DNA from: Blepharisma stoltei ATCC 30299
Taxonomy: Eukaryota; Protista; Ciliophora
Assembly: GCA_965603825.1 (NCBI GenBank)
Contig: CBFDEM010000007.1
Span: forward strand, 62,001 to 126,000
Direction of reading: 5' to 3'
Length of the DNA: 64,000 bases
This document shows, piece by piece, positions 1-13,561 of this stretch. Below the pieces are notes generated by a model that was not told the origin of the DNA, did not search any database, and saw nothing but the letters and a program-made list of their open reading frames with translations. The first letter of the stretch is position 1, and each line of letters starts with the position of its first letter. The translations under genes and the position numbers were made by a program.

Positions 1-234
1 AAAACTTCTGGAAATGGATTTAAAAATATTGAGAAAATATTGTCCCTAAAAAATGAAGATATTCACAATATATAATGCAAGAAAATAGGCAAAATAGATT
101 GAGATTTTTGGTATGGATTAATATAATAAGCAAGAAGTAGCTTGCCATAAGATCAGCTTAATTCAAGAATCACTTAATTAAAGGCCCCTTTTAGCAAGGC
201 TCTAATTTAATTTTCTTGAAGCTCATTAATAATT

Positions 235-1260
235 TTTCTTCAATTAATGCAATAGTCTTCCAATCAATTTATAGCCCTCAAACTCTTCTGCTTCTCAATT
301 AATAGTCAATCCTACAATTTCAGTCGCAGGACTCTATATCTTGCCTTTATCCCTGATACTGATTGGCTTTATTTTTTATGATAAGTTTGCTCATCTTATA
401 AAACTTCTAAAGCACAGTTAACTCTTTAGTTACCTTGTAGGAATTGATGTGCCCACCTTAAAAGCACCATTTAATATAACAGCTACCGTTTCCTCAATTT
501 ATCCTTCTGTTATAATTTACTAAAGGAAAATCAGTCATCTAAATATAAAAGTTTCTGTCAAACTTGAATCTTGATTCGATGCCTTAGATATCGAGCTTCT
601 CATGCTTTGCCTTTGATGCTCTTAGCTTTGGTTTCTGACCTTGTAAATATAAAAATAAGCATACAGAATCTGATCTTGACTCTAAGGTGATATTGATATT
701 AGTTCCTTCTTAAAAAATCTTCCTGAGCACTGCAGAGACTATTGCGCTTTGCCCTGTATATCAGTGTATCTGGAGTACTCTTGATTTTAACTGGCTTTTG
801 CAGAGAAAAGCTATATTTTTCAGCTATGTCTCAATAAGACGGCTAATAGCATTGGTGTTTGTCCTTGAGTACCTTGAGCTTTATTTTCAGATGAAATTGG
901 ATAATATTTTTCCGTTTCACCCACATTGACAGGGTTTGTCACTTCATGCTCCAGTAGTAGTGTTGTTAAAATTTGACAAAGAGCATGGGTATGAATTCTC
1001 ATACCCGATATATGTATGTTGATCGAGGATAATTTTAGCTGATGCTTTTTTAGCTACAATAACCCTTCCTTATTTTTTTCCGAGAGCAGAAATCAACTTT
1101 CTCCTTTTTCACAATGATTTTCGACCTAAACACCAATAAGCTCAAGCAAAATCTGACGATTTCAAGCTTATCAATAGCAAAAGCTATTTCAACCGTGAAA
1201 TAAATCCGCCAATGCTCTAGCAAATATTTCTGATGCATCTACAACTTCCATGGCATGTGT
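235..1260 (+). pseudogene. Heavily decayed relic of the C-terminal half of the surface-protein family
   Basis: Colinear nucleotide matches to about 44360-45470 of the full-length copy: tcagtcgcagga; gagcactgcagagactattg vs gagcattgcagtgactactgg; gattttaactggctttt vs gatttgaattggctgat; gcatgggtatgaattctcat vs atatgggtgtcaacccttcat. Many stops and indels. Boundaries approximate. Confidence 0.75.
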
Positions 1261-1350
1261 CTTTGCAATCTTTTTATGTTTAAAACCAGATTAAGGTCTC
1301 GTTGATCTTCTCTAGTGTGCCTAATAATTTAATTTGATTTTAAGTTATCT

Positions 1351-1672
1351 AAGACATTATATTTTCCTATTTCTAAAGCTTTTTTATTTTTCCTTTAATT
1401 TATCTTTACTAATTAGACTTCTTTTTGATCTCTAAAGAGACTTTCTAAAATGCTGGCATTTCTTCCATATTTTTTAGACCTAAAATTTTAATTTTAATTT
1501 TTCGCCTTTCGACTTTCACTAGAATTATAATTTTTTCTATCATTCCTAGCTTGAGGAGGCTTTTATTCTTTAATTTCATTCTTTATTTTTTAATTTTTAC
1601 AAACACAAGTCCTCATGATTCCATGCCCAAAAATTCGGGCTCTCAAGCAAATTTTAATATCTAAGCTCAAAA
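1351..1672 (+). promoter_or_regulatory. Conserved 5' flank module (about 300 bp) upstream of every surface-protein copy; others at about 8012-8342, 14555-14849, 22826-23121 and 38394-39115
   Basis: The same sequence (tattttcctatttctaaagc...ttatctttgctaattaggcttc...catgattccatgcc...ctaagctcaaaaATG) precedes all five ATGs. Promoter function is inferred from position only. Confidence 0.6.
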
Positions 1673-4600
1673 ATGAAAAGGCTTATAAGCTTTCTGGCCC
1701 TTATATGATTAGCTATGGGAGATCCTAGAAGAAATGCTAAAGATGGATACTTAGATCCTGGAAAAATCAGATGATGAAAAGATACTTGGGCTCCTAGTCC
1801 TATTGAGCTCTCTCAAACCAACTCTGGGACTTCCAGTGTCATTGTCACTGTACATTTTAGACCTCAAACATCTTTGCCGACAACTAGGAATTTGGGAATT
1901 GTTATTGTGACTGTGCCATCAGCTTTTTCAAGCACAACAACTTATGCATCTGACTCTATCGCAATAAATGCAAATACTGATACTTCGTTTTCTTTTATTT
2001 TGGGAACAAGTTTACCTTCTGCTGGAGTCTATGGGCCTTTCCAAATTGTGACTAAAACTTCATCATCTGGGCAAATCTACGATGCAAACTACATTTTTGG
2101 TTGTGTCGCAGTTTCAGCCTCTATTTCTTCACCTTCTGCGAATTCTTTGACAGTAGCCACGGTCACTTTGACATCTACTACAGCTGTTGTTGGCTCCTCC
2201 GATGGACTTACCTTTACTTTTACAATTCCTGCTGGCACTAATCTTTGGAAACATGACATTTTTGAAATTGTCCCTGACACCTATTGGACAATTCCTTCAA
2301 GCCCAACTTGCACTTCTGTTGATATTTCAGGCATTACTAACTATATCAAAGGTCCTAACGGAGACAATAGCCTACCTTGTGCTATTGCAGCTACCGGAGG
2401 GGCTAATGGAGGATATAGCACTGCTAAATCAACCGCAACTCCTGCTACAAACAGTGTTTACATATATGGGCTTTCTCAAGACATGATTACAACTTCAAGT
2501 TATCAGGTCAAGCTTCAAGTTTCAAGCTTTATTCTTCCTCTTGCAACTATTTTATCTTCAAATTTCAGCTGGAATCTAAAAATCTGGAGATGGGGAACCA
2601 CGAATTTGCTTGCTCAATTTGCTGGAAATGGGCCATTGACTCCAGTCGCAGGTGCCGTAACAATTAGCTCATGGGCCCCTTATAACAGCAATTTAGCTTC
2701 AACTGACATCCCAAATAGCAGCTCAAACAGTTTTTACTTGTTTACTAAACTCACTTTTTCAGCAGCCCACGCAATTACATATGGGACAATCGTCATTACC
2801 TTTAACGGCAACGCAGATATTTCTTCCGGGTATTGGTGGCAAGATCATGCAAGTACATCCGTTGATACTAGAGCAAAATGCTATCTGAATACCTACGTAA
2901 AAGGTATTTCATGCAGTGTCAGTAGCACAAAGGCAACTATAACTATAGCAGATAAAGTTACTTTGGCAGCGAATACAACTATCTCAATCACATTATTGAC
3001 CAAACTTACCACAGGAGCTGGAATTAGCTCAATAGTAACTACTGATTCAACTAACTCTGCGACTATTGATCAAACTAATAGTCCATACTCTTGGTCATTC
3101 AACTCTAGAGCTTCCTCAACTTATACAAGCATGACTAGTTTCCAATTCTTTGCAACTGCTACAAATGAAATACCTATAAGTGGAATGCTCACTTCAGGGG
3201 AACAAAAAGGAGGATATACTGGAATCCAATATTTAATGTGGTATATGACCCCAAAAAACGACTGGTCTGCAACCACCACATTAATTATCAATTTACCAAT
3301 TTCTAATTCAGGGGTGCAGCTGCTTATGTCTTATATTACTATTGGTGCCTCATATAAAGAAAAAATACTTCAAAGCTTCGATTATACTTCAAGCAACCTA
3401 GCACTTGAATCGGCTATAAATACCCCAACTCTCAGTGCTGGAGCTCCAGGATCTATTTCGATTGTATTTAATGCATTCGGATTCCCTACAACAGGAGGTA
3501 AGAATATGTTTGCTTTTTCATATGGGGATAACTCAATTTATTCTACTCGAGTTTCATTGCCATTTGTAGCATCAAATGTGGCTACTTTCTATGAGTGCTG
3601 GGCTTGGGCTACATCTACAGCAGATGGATCAATGACTGAATTCTCTAACTATGTTTTCTCAGTAATAACATCACTTACAGATTTTGATTTAAAAGTTGCT
3701 TCACTGTGCACTGACAATTATGCTGGGATTCCAATTGTTGTAGTTTTCCATGCTTTGAATATTAATTTTAATTTTGGAGACACAGAAAACCTATATTATT
3801 TAGATATAGCTTTTAGTTCTTTAGGACGAACCAATTTAGGGACTGAGGCAATTGATATTGTGCAAATCGCTGTAGCAAGTGCAGCAACTGGAGCGACCGC
3901 CACTATTGATCCATCATCAGAAACAGTGACTATCTCTGGACTTGGATTTGTTGAAGCGGACACTAAAGTAACTGTTTATCTGCCTTATGGGGGAGATATA
4001 ACCTTAAGCTATACTACAACTCAGACTTTCTATTATCTTGTGGCTGGAGCTGACCCAGCTAATAAAATGGTTCTATATACTGGAACAGGAGGAAGCACCT
4101 TCACTTCATCAGGCCAAGTTTTGTTTTCTTCAGGATCATTTACAAGCCCCGCATCTGGGGCATATACTGTTGGAGGAACTTCTGTTACTACAAGTCTAAG
4201 TGTAGCACCTAACTCTGGGGTATCTTCTGATGTAGCTGCTGGCTGGATTGGAATTGGACTACCTGTAAGTTTTACTTCTTCATCTACTAAACTAAGCTTA
4301 GGCTCAAATTCTGCAAATTTGTATAGTGTTTATTCATTTTCAGGAGGATTCATGATTGCACCACTTTCAGCCAGTATGATAGTTACTCATGGAACAGCAA
4401 ACACTCTTTCAATGGATAGGGGCCTAAATGTTCCATCTTCTACAGGGTCATGAGCAGGGGCAATAACAGGAACGCTTACTGTATTTATAGCAGGCTCTGA
4501 AATAGGCATCCAATGCATATGTGCATCACAATCATCCCCATTAACAGTAGTTATATACCCTGCAACAATTACTTTAGATAGCTGCACATTAGACAAACTC

Positions 4601-5047
4601 TACGCTCAAGGCTCAGACTCAGTCGATTCTACCCTCACCTTAGCATTTAATACTGTAAACCCTATTCCTGCAGGTGGAAAAATTACTATTACTATAGCTT
4701 CAAGTGCCTGGCTATTGCCATTATCAAATCATCTTGCAACCACATGCCAAGGAGTTGGGTTCTCTGACCAATCCAAAACTCTGCAACAATTTTGTTCTGT
4801 ATCAGGGACAACAGTCACTTTGACTCAATTTTCTCAGATTGCTGCAGGTCAGATCAGTGTAAAGCTGTACCATGTAATCCCAACCTCCACGGCTGCAAGC
4901 TCAATAAATTGCTTTACAGATGTCACAACTTATGATGCAAATAACGGAGTTATAGATTTTGCAATAGGCTTAACTAACTCTGTCACTGTAGCAGTTTCAA
5001 CTGCAGTAGGTAGCACAAATACTAATTCATTTGTTTCTAAGCCATAA
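1673..5047 (+). CDS. Surface-protein family copy 1 (type A), 1,124 aa, signal peptide, C-terminally truncated with no GPI tail
   Basis: With UGA=Trp the frame is open from ATG 1673 (MKRLISFLALIWLAMGDP...) to TAA 5045-5047, joining track ORFs 1874 and 4715. The TAA replaces the TAT of the KPYPNV motif seen in paralogs. Confidence 0.8.
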
Positions 5048-6330
5048 ACAAATGTAGCTGGGGCAACCGCCTAATATAACTCTTGCAGCTTCATACAAAA
5101 TTAAAATTTGTGTTAGTATAATTAAAAAAATATTATTTAAACATCCCTTTCAAGTAGTGCAAAAAGTACAGATGAATCTTTTTCTTATTTATGTATTATT
5201 GTGGATTTAATTACTTGAATCATTAACAAAGCTTAATTTTCATCATAGTTTCTATACGTCCCCAGGCGTGACATTTAGATGAATCAATATATAATGTTAA
5301 GCTTTTAAGTTTTTATATTTAATTTTAGAAAGTGTAACTCGTGTCACATCAGTAGCTTACACCAGTTAGTTGATGATCGTTATCATATCATGCCATTTAT
5401 CAAAATTATTTACTTATGAGTTATACTTCGCCAGCTTTCATTGAGTATTTTTTAAAAATGTTCCTGATGCAAGAATAATACAAATCTTGATTTAGCTGCA
5501 TTAACTGACACAGTATTTATCATTATTAGATAATTTCTTTTTCCAGACTGATATTTGCATATTTATACAGAATTATTACTTATATACATCAAATTTTTTT
5601 TCAAAAAATTATTGTTGACTCACAGAAGGGAAGCAAGATTTTTTTAGCTTGTATAATAAATAAAAAGTGGATTGCCGAGTAAATAGAAGCTATACAGATT
5701 TAATTTTTTAAACTTTTGAAATTCAGATTTTCAAATTGTAAACTGAGATAGTCATGGGCGTATTCCTATTAATTATACTCCTTCAACTTTTTTAGTTTTA
5801 AAATCTAGGCTTTTGGTGTTCAGTTTTTTAAGTTAATTTGTTTAATATTCCTGCCATCCTTTAATTTTGCATTTAGAAAAATTAGCCTTGGTCTTTTAGA
5901 TTGTAAATATTGTCTAAAAATTATTCAACTCTATGGACTTGCAGCTAAAATCAAAAATTGAGTTTTAAAATTTTTAAGTTTATTAATATTACTTGGGCTC
6001 TAGTCTTCTGATTTTTTCATATATTCCCTATTTTGTATATAAATTTAATTTGTGTTGATTTTTCTTTTACATAAAGAAAGCTAAAATTTTGCAGAAACCT
6101 TTATAAATCTCTTATGCAAAAAGGCTGAGATATTTAATAATATAAAAACTTAAAAATATTCTTTATTTTCATATAAATTATCAAAAATAAAGTGTTACGG
6201 CTTCTGACAGTATTTTAATTTTTAGATTGAGCAGAGTAATTATTTTTATATAAAGATTATACTAATTAAAATCAGGCTAAGCAAGTAATTTTGCTATTAA
6301 ACAATTACTTTTATTTAATAGAGCCTAAAA

Positions 6331-7182
6331 ATGCCAAGAAGGCCTGACTCATCAAAGCTACTGGAATTTAACCAAAGATTAAGCAGATGAGAAGGAAATT
6401 TGGAGCGCTTTGGCTAAGATAGTGAGAAAATTTTGCTATTGGATGAGCTGGAATCCTTGGAGGAGAAAATATGGTAATTGAAGGAAGAATGAGGTGAGAC
6501 TGAAAGGAGCAACGAAGATGAAGGCAAAAGTGGGAGTAGCAAGGAGGTCCAGAAAGAAAACAGCTTGCTTGAGGGAGATCTGCTGCATTTGGAAGGATTG
6601 ATCCAGGTTACGGACAGAGCAGGCAAAATGGGAAGGAGCATAAGGGGAGGAGCAGATACTAGAATAACTGATTTTTTGCCAGAATCAATAAAATATTAGA
6701 AAAACTGGCCCTGAAAGAGCCTGATGAACAAAAAATTTCCGTATTAAATTAAAGCATATAGAAAAGAAGAAGCCTAAAAAGATTTAAAGAAGGGAGAGAA
6801 AACTGAATACTTAGGAAAGAAAAATAAGGATAACGGTGAATTTCTTGAATAATGAAGGGCTTTAGATGATGGAAATGATCCTAAGAGAAGCAGAGGATGA
6901 AAAAAAAAGGGAAAAGCTGGAGATGAAAAAGAAGATAAAGACGAAAATAAAGAAGATGAATGGTTGATGAGAAAATCCAGCAACAGCTTGAAGAGAAGGT
7001 AGAATCGATGATGGTTCTGATGGGCAAAGGAAGAGATAAGAAAATCTGAAGTGCAGTAAAGTATTTCATTAAGAAATGCTTAGGGATAAAACAATGCCAG
7101 GTAAATTTTCTGAATTAGAAGAAGTATTAGCAAAAATAGTGAAGGAATCAAGATGAAACAGATAACTATTCAAGTTGACTAA
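6331..7182 (+). pseudogene. Decayed Glu/Lys-rich, coiled-coil-like gene, repeat copy a
   Basis: Purine-rich block starting gagcctaaaaATGccaagaaggcctgactcatcaaag (MPRRPDSSK...) and ending tattcaagttgacTAA. Internal TAA/TAG and frameshifts. Six copies in the window. Confidence 0.6.
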
Positions 7183-7794
7183 TGGAGAAAAACCCATAAG
7201 GGCTGCATTAGGCTATATCTAATAAATAATGGTGATGATCTTATCAAGCATCTTCAATTTTTATTAACTCTTTATGCCATTTATAAGAAATTTGCAAGAT
7301 TATATGATAAAATGATTTCTATGCAGTGCTGCTTTGGTATTAGCAAACAATTTTCACGAAAATATTATAAAATTTAAGAAAATCCTAAATTCCAAGCAAA
7401 ACTTCGAGATGTTTTACGTTTTGTTACAAATAATGTTTAGATGAAGCTATTATACCATAAATGTAATTTTAATAATAAGTGCAAACGTATTTGATTAAGT
7501 CTAAAGAGCATTAAAAAAAATCAATATTGTATAAAGCAAGAATATATTTAAAAATTTAAAAGCACTTCCTTCTGGAAATGGATTTACCAAATATTGAGAC
7601 AATATAATCCAAAATATTTACGATATAAAATGCAATAAATAGGGAAAGATAATCGAGACTTTTGATTAAACCAATGTAATAAACAAGAAGTAGAGCTTGC
7701 CATAAGATAAGCTTAATTAAATAATGACTTAATTAAAGATTTCTTTGAGCAAGGCTTTAATTTACTTTTCTTGAATTTAATTAAGGTTTTTTCT

Positions 7795-8010
7795 TATATA
7801 ATGCAACAGTCTTTCAATCAAAATAAAGCCCTCTTCTTCTTCTTCTTCTCAATTAATAATTCCCCTACTTGCTGTTATCCCTGATGCTAATTGGCTTTAT
7901 TTTTTATGATAAGTTTTCTCATCTTATAAAGCTTCTAAAGCACAGCAAAATCTTTCATTGCTTGTAGGAATTGGCATGCCTACCTTAAAAGCATCATTTA
8001 AGGCAGCAGC
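7795..8010 (+). pseudogene. Short relic of the surface-protein C-terminal half (duplicate of about 240-490)
   Basis: Matches 240-490 (gataagttt.ctcatcttataaa.cttctaaagcacag...gtaggaattg), which in turn aligns to about 44370-44620. Confidence 0.6.
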
Positions 8011-8342
8011 TAAGTCACTATATTTTGCTATTTCTAAAGCTTTTTATTTTTCTTTTAATTTATCTTTGCTAATTAGGCTTCGTTTTGAGTTCTAAAGAAA
8101 TTTTCTAAAATGTTGGCATTTCTTCCACATTTTTTATTTTTTGTATTTTTTAGAAAGCTGGCATTTCTTCCATATTTTTTAGTTTTTTGTATATGCTGAG
8201 ACCTAAATTTTAAATTTTCGCCTTTAACTAGGATTATAAATTTTTCTATCTTTATTTTTTAATTTTATTAAAAAAGAGTCCTTATGATTCCATGCCAAAA
8301 AAATCCGGGCTCTCAAGCAAAATTTAATATCTAAGATCAAAA

Positions 8343-11300
8343 ATGAAAAGTCTTATAAGCTTTCTAGCCCTTATATGACTAGCTACAGGTGATTCTTCAA
8401 GAACTGCTCAAGATGGATACTTGGATCTTGGAAAAATCAGATGATGAAAAGATATTTGGGCTCCTAATCCTATTGAGCTCTCTCAAACTAATTCTGGGAC
8501 TTCCAGTGTCACTGTCAATATCAATTTTAGACCTCAAACATCTTTACCAACAACAGGAAATATGGGGTTTGTTATTGTGACTGTGACATCAACTTTTTCA
8601 AGCACAACAACTTATACTTCTAACTCTATGGCAATAAAGGCAAATACTGATACTTCGTATTCTTTTACTTTAGAAACAACTTTACCTTCTGCCGGAGTCT
8701 ACGGGCCTTTCCAAATAGTAACTAAAACTTCAACATCTGGGCAAATCTACGACGCAAACTACGTTTTCGGTTGTGTAGCAGTTTCAGCCTCAGTTTCTTC
8801 AGCTTCTGCGAATTCTTTAACAGTAAGCACAGTCTATTTGACCTCTATTACAGCAATTGTTGGTTCCTCAGATGGACTTTACTTCACTTTTACAATCCCT
8901 GCTAGCTCTAATCTTTGGAAACACGACACTTTTGAAATCGTCCCTGACAGCTACTGGACAATTCCTTCAAGCCCAACTTGTGCTTCTGTTGACATTTCAG
9001 GCAATACTAATTATATCAAAGGTCCTAACGGAGACAATAGCCTACCTTGTGCTGTTGCAGCAAGTGGAGGGGCTAAAGGAGGATACAGCACTGCTAAATC
9101 AACCTCTCCTTCTATGATAAACAGCATTTATATATATGGGCTTTCTCAAGACGTGATTATAACTTCAAGTTATCAGGTCAAGCTTCAAGTTTCCAGCTTT
9201 ACTTTGCCTTCTTCAGCTGTTTCATCATCAAGCTTCAGTTGGAATCTAAAAATCTGGAGATGGGGAACTACCAACCTTCTTGCTCAATTTGCTGGAAGCG
9301 GACCATTGCAACCAGTCGCTGGAACTATAACAGTAAGCTCATGGGCTCCATATAATTCTAATTTGCAAACATCAGATATTCCAAATACTTCTAGCGCTTT
9401 TTATATCTTTACTATACTCACTTTGCAAACAGCTCATCCAATTACAGCTGGATCAATTATTATTACCTTTAACAACAACGTAGACATTAATGGTGGCAAA
9501 TGGTGACAAGACGCTTATGATGGATCAGGGTCAAATAATAAAGCTTTATGCTATTTGAATACCTATGAAAAAGGTGTGACTTGCGCTGTAAGTATTTCAA
9601 GTCAGTCAGCAACCATTTACTTTGGTAACAGAAGTTCTGGCCTTGCTGCTAATATTGCAATTTCTATTACTCTTTTAACGAAGCTTAGTGTAGGTGCTAA
9701 AATTTCTTCAATAACAAGCAATGATGCAACAAGTTCTACTAATGTTATTGATCAATTTACTGCAGGATATGCTTGGACATTTGGCAGCTCAGCTACAACA
9801 GCTTATACCTCTATGACTAATTTCCAGTTTTATGCAGCTTCTGGAACGGCGTGGAGTGGTTCAACTGCTGGTACAATTGAGTATAAAGATCCATCACTTT
9901 TTGTTTCAGGCTTGCAAAAAGGAGGTAATCTAGATACTTGATGTGGGCTGCAACGCCATCAACTACTTGGGCAGCCAGTTATAGTTTAGTTGTAAGCTTA
10001 GCTTTTTCAGGCACAGGGGTACAATTGCTCCAACCCTACATTAGATCAACTGCATTATTTTTAGATGCTAAGGCAACTAACTCATCTACAGCTGCATTAC
10101 TTAGTTCTGATGTATCTATATCCTCAGAGGTAAAATCAGGAATCCCAGGATCGATTACCATTACAATTGCTTCAAGCGCTGCTCCAACCTCATCTGGAAA
10201 TGTTTATGTATTTGCCTATGGAGATCCATCAACTACTGATACTACTGTAACTGCTCTCCCGCTTGTAACTTCAAATGTTGCAACTTTTTATGAGTGCTGG
10301 GCTAAATCATCACCTCCATTAGGAACTACAGCAGCCTCTGAATTTTCCAGCTATGTTTATTCAGTCTTTCCTGGATCAACTACATCGAGTAGCTTAAAAT
10401 ATGCTCCATTATGTGCTGATGAATATGTCGGAGTTCCAATTTATGTTACTTTTTATGCTTATGCTCTTGCATTTAACTTTGCAGACACTTCCAACCATTA
10501 TTATCTTGATATTTCTTTTACAGGTTCATCAATACCTGCTAATTTGGGCAGTGGCTTGGGTGATGGAAGCAGCTTCCCTATAGTCCCAGTTGGCAGTGGG
10601 TTTAATCCTATGGCCACCATTTACCAGAATGTAGTAACTGTTTCTGGGCTTGGATCTGTGAGCGCAGGTGAATCAGTTAATTTTTGGCTTCCAAACGGAA
10701 ATAAGATAGCTTTAGTCGGATCCCTCACTTTTTATTATCTAAAAGATGGAGCAGATCCTTCAAATAAGATGATCTTATATACAAATTCTATTTCAGAACC
10801 TCTTTTTAGTTTCTCGAGTGCATTATTCAGCTCAGCATCAATAACAAGCCCTTCAGGTGCAGCTTATACTGTAGGCGGTTCTTCTACTACTACTGCAAGC
10901 CTCAAAACTCCATGAGCTACAACAATTTCTAATTATGTTGGAATTGGACTTTCTCCAGGCTTTACTTTGCCAAGCAGCTATACATTGACCATAGGATCTA
11001 CAACATTAACACCAGTTTATGGTGTTTCTTCGTCAAGTAGCTCCTTTGCAGGTGGATTCGTTATCGGATTAATTCCATCTGGATCCTCGGTCTCACTCAA
11101 TAGTAGTACTGCTACTAGTTTGACTTTGAGTAGCTTAAATGCTCCACCAACTACTGGAGCATCTGAAGATGGTACTACAGCTGGAAGTTTCGTAGTGTAC
11201 GCAACAGGCATAATAGGAGCTGCCTGTTATTCTATAAGCACAATTTCTAGTATTAAGGTAAGCGCTGCTACAATTACATCGGATACGTGTTCAATGGACA

Positions 11301-12003
11301 AGTTATACACTAAAGGTTCAGATTCAGTTGATTCTACACTAACTCTTACATTTGCAACTGTAAATCCAGTCACTGCTGGCGGAATGATTTCTATTGTTCT
11401 TTCAGACTCATTCACTGTCTTCACCTCAAGCTCAACAATCCAAGGTACAACTTGTCAAGGTGTTGGGTTCACTGATTACTCTGCAGATTATCCTCAAAAA
11501 TGTGTCATAAGCTCATCGACAATTACCTTGTCTCAATTTTCTCAAATTCCTGCAGGAGTAGTTACCGTAAAGGTGTTCCATATAATCCCATCCTCCACTA
11601 CTACAACCTCATTAACTTGTTTTACATCTGTAAATACTTATCATGCTGCAACTAATGGTTATCTTATAGACTCTATGACTAGTGGGATAACTAATGCCGT
11701 TACTGTAGCAGCTTCAACTGCAGCAGGTACCACAAGTACCGATTAATTTGTTTCTAATGATTTTATATGTAAAATTTTTTTATTATTAATGATGGGAATT
11801 ACAGTTGCAGGTTTGTCCGCATGGACTTCTTATGCCCTCTATTTTACTGCATGCAATAGTAACCTTCTTATATTGACTATACCTCAGCTACTCCTTTGCA
11901 AAACATTACATTTATGACTTCTTGGGCCTCAAGTGATGACAGCAGTGCATTTATGATGGGAGCAAGTGCATTTTTTGTTATTATCTGTACCTTACTTAAC
12001 TAA
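8343..12003 (+). pseudogene. Surface-protein family copy 2 (type B), frameshifted and internally deleted, with a decayed GPI-tail remnant
   Basis: ATG at 8343. A 10-nt deletion near 9938 relative to copy 5 (ctagatac^ttgatg vs ctagctac-tactcaattc-ttggtt) shifts the frame to a TAG at 9987. The homologous frame continues to TAA 11744-11746. Bases 11799-12003 match the last ~215 nt of copy 5 (...accttacttaacTAA). Confidence 0.85.
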
Positions 12004-12487
12004 GCTTTATCTTTACTGTGTCTTTAATCAATTAATTTTTCAGCTTAAACATATTAAAAAGGAAAAATAAAAAGAGTAATCTTATGGTTAATTCATCTAT
12101 ATTTTTTATATCCTGGAACTTGACTGGCTAGGAAGCCTTAACTTGCCAATCCTTTACATATCATCTAATTCTTAGGTTTTACGTTTTTCTATTTAATTAT
12201 GCCTTATTTTCTGTTTAATTATGCTTATGCATTTTATCTTGTGCTTTTCTCATACTAATTTGCTTCTTTTTCTAAATTAAGTGGAGATAAAGCAACCATA
12301 TATTAAAATGCTTTGTATAATAAGAAGGACAGTATTTATGCTTCATTTTGGGATTTTTTCTTGAAATTCAATATAGGAAAATTCATTCTTTTCCTTAAAT
12401 AATAAAAATAATTAATTTACTATATGTTCTGATAAAGTCATCTGATTTTAGTTATAGCATTGAAGCCTCTAAAAACTTAAAAAGCTC

Positions 12488-12808
12488 ACAAGGTATTTAT
12501 TTACTTACTTAAAGCGGAAGATTCCGCACTTCTCTCGTTTAAAAATTAGTTAAAAACTAAATTTAAAGCATCAAAACTTTAAAAAAACTTAAAAAAAAGA
12601 AACAGCACACTCCGCAGTCGAAATACTGAAGCCGCACCAGCAGCATCACTTGAAGCATCAATAATGCACGCCCATCGATCCTTCGATATGGGCCACTAAT
12701 CAATGCCACTCTGCCACGCCAAGTTAACACACCCACAGGCTCCATAAGCTCCTTATACTTTTGATGCGAAAAGCGCCCTATTTAATATTAATTTTTTTAC
12801 AAGGTATT
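12488..12808. mobile_element. 311-bp insertion flanked by a 10-bp direct repeat ACAAGGTATT
   Basis: Repeat at 12488-12497 and 12799-12808. The paralogous spacer near 46446 reads gctcacaaggtattaaatctcc with one copy and no insert. Relatively GC-rich core; no clear terminal inverted repeat. Confidence 0.75.
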
Positions 12809-12895
12809 AAATCTCCATACTTCAATCCCTTTAATTTACTTATAATATATTTATTATGAGTATCTTCAATAATTCTTTTCAGAAGATAATAAAAA

Positions 12896-12934
12896 CTCCC
12901 CCATTAGCTCGAACAAAAAAATTTTGTTCGCTAA
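12896..12934. repeat. Short inserted inverted repeat CTCCCCC-A-TTAGCTCGAACAAAA-AAA-TTTTGTTCGCTAA, possible transposon TIR remnant
   Basis: Perfect 9-bp arms CGAACAAAA/TTTTGTTCG. Replaces attttctagatcagt found at the same position in paralogous spacers (about 28700 and 46550). Confidence 0.55.
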
Positions 12935-13561
12935 GTTTTTTTTAGCTTTTATAATAAAAATAGGATTTGCCTGCTATAAAGATTTAAATTTTGAAATTCA
13001 GATTTTTCAAATTGTAAACTGAGAGAGCAATAGGTGCCAATTTCCTATTTATTCTTCTACTTCGATGTTTTTAATTTTAAGATCTTGATTTTTGGTTCAG
13101 TTTTTTAAGTTAATTTGTTCAATATTTCTGTCATTCTTTACTTTGCATTTATAAAAATCAGCCTTGGTCTTTTTAGATGTAAGTATTGTCAAAAAAATTA
13201 TTCAACTATGTGGACTGTAGCTAAGATCAAAAATTGAATTTTAAAATTTATTAATATTGCATGCGCTATAGTTTTCTGATTTTTTCATATTTTTCCTATT
13301 TTATACACAAATCTAATTTGTGCTGATTTTTCTTTGACATAAAGAAAGCTAAAATTTGCAGAAGCCTTTATAAATCTTATATGCAAAAATTAAAATATTG
13401 CTTATTTTCATATGAATTATCAAAAATAAAGTATTTCGGCTACAAACAGTATTTTAATTTTTAGATCGAGGATTATTCTGATATAAAGCTTATAATAATT
13501 AAAATTAGGTTAAGCAAGTAAATGGTATCAAACAATTACTTTAATTTAATAGAGCCTAAAA

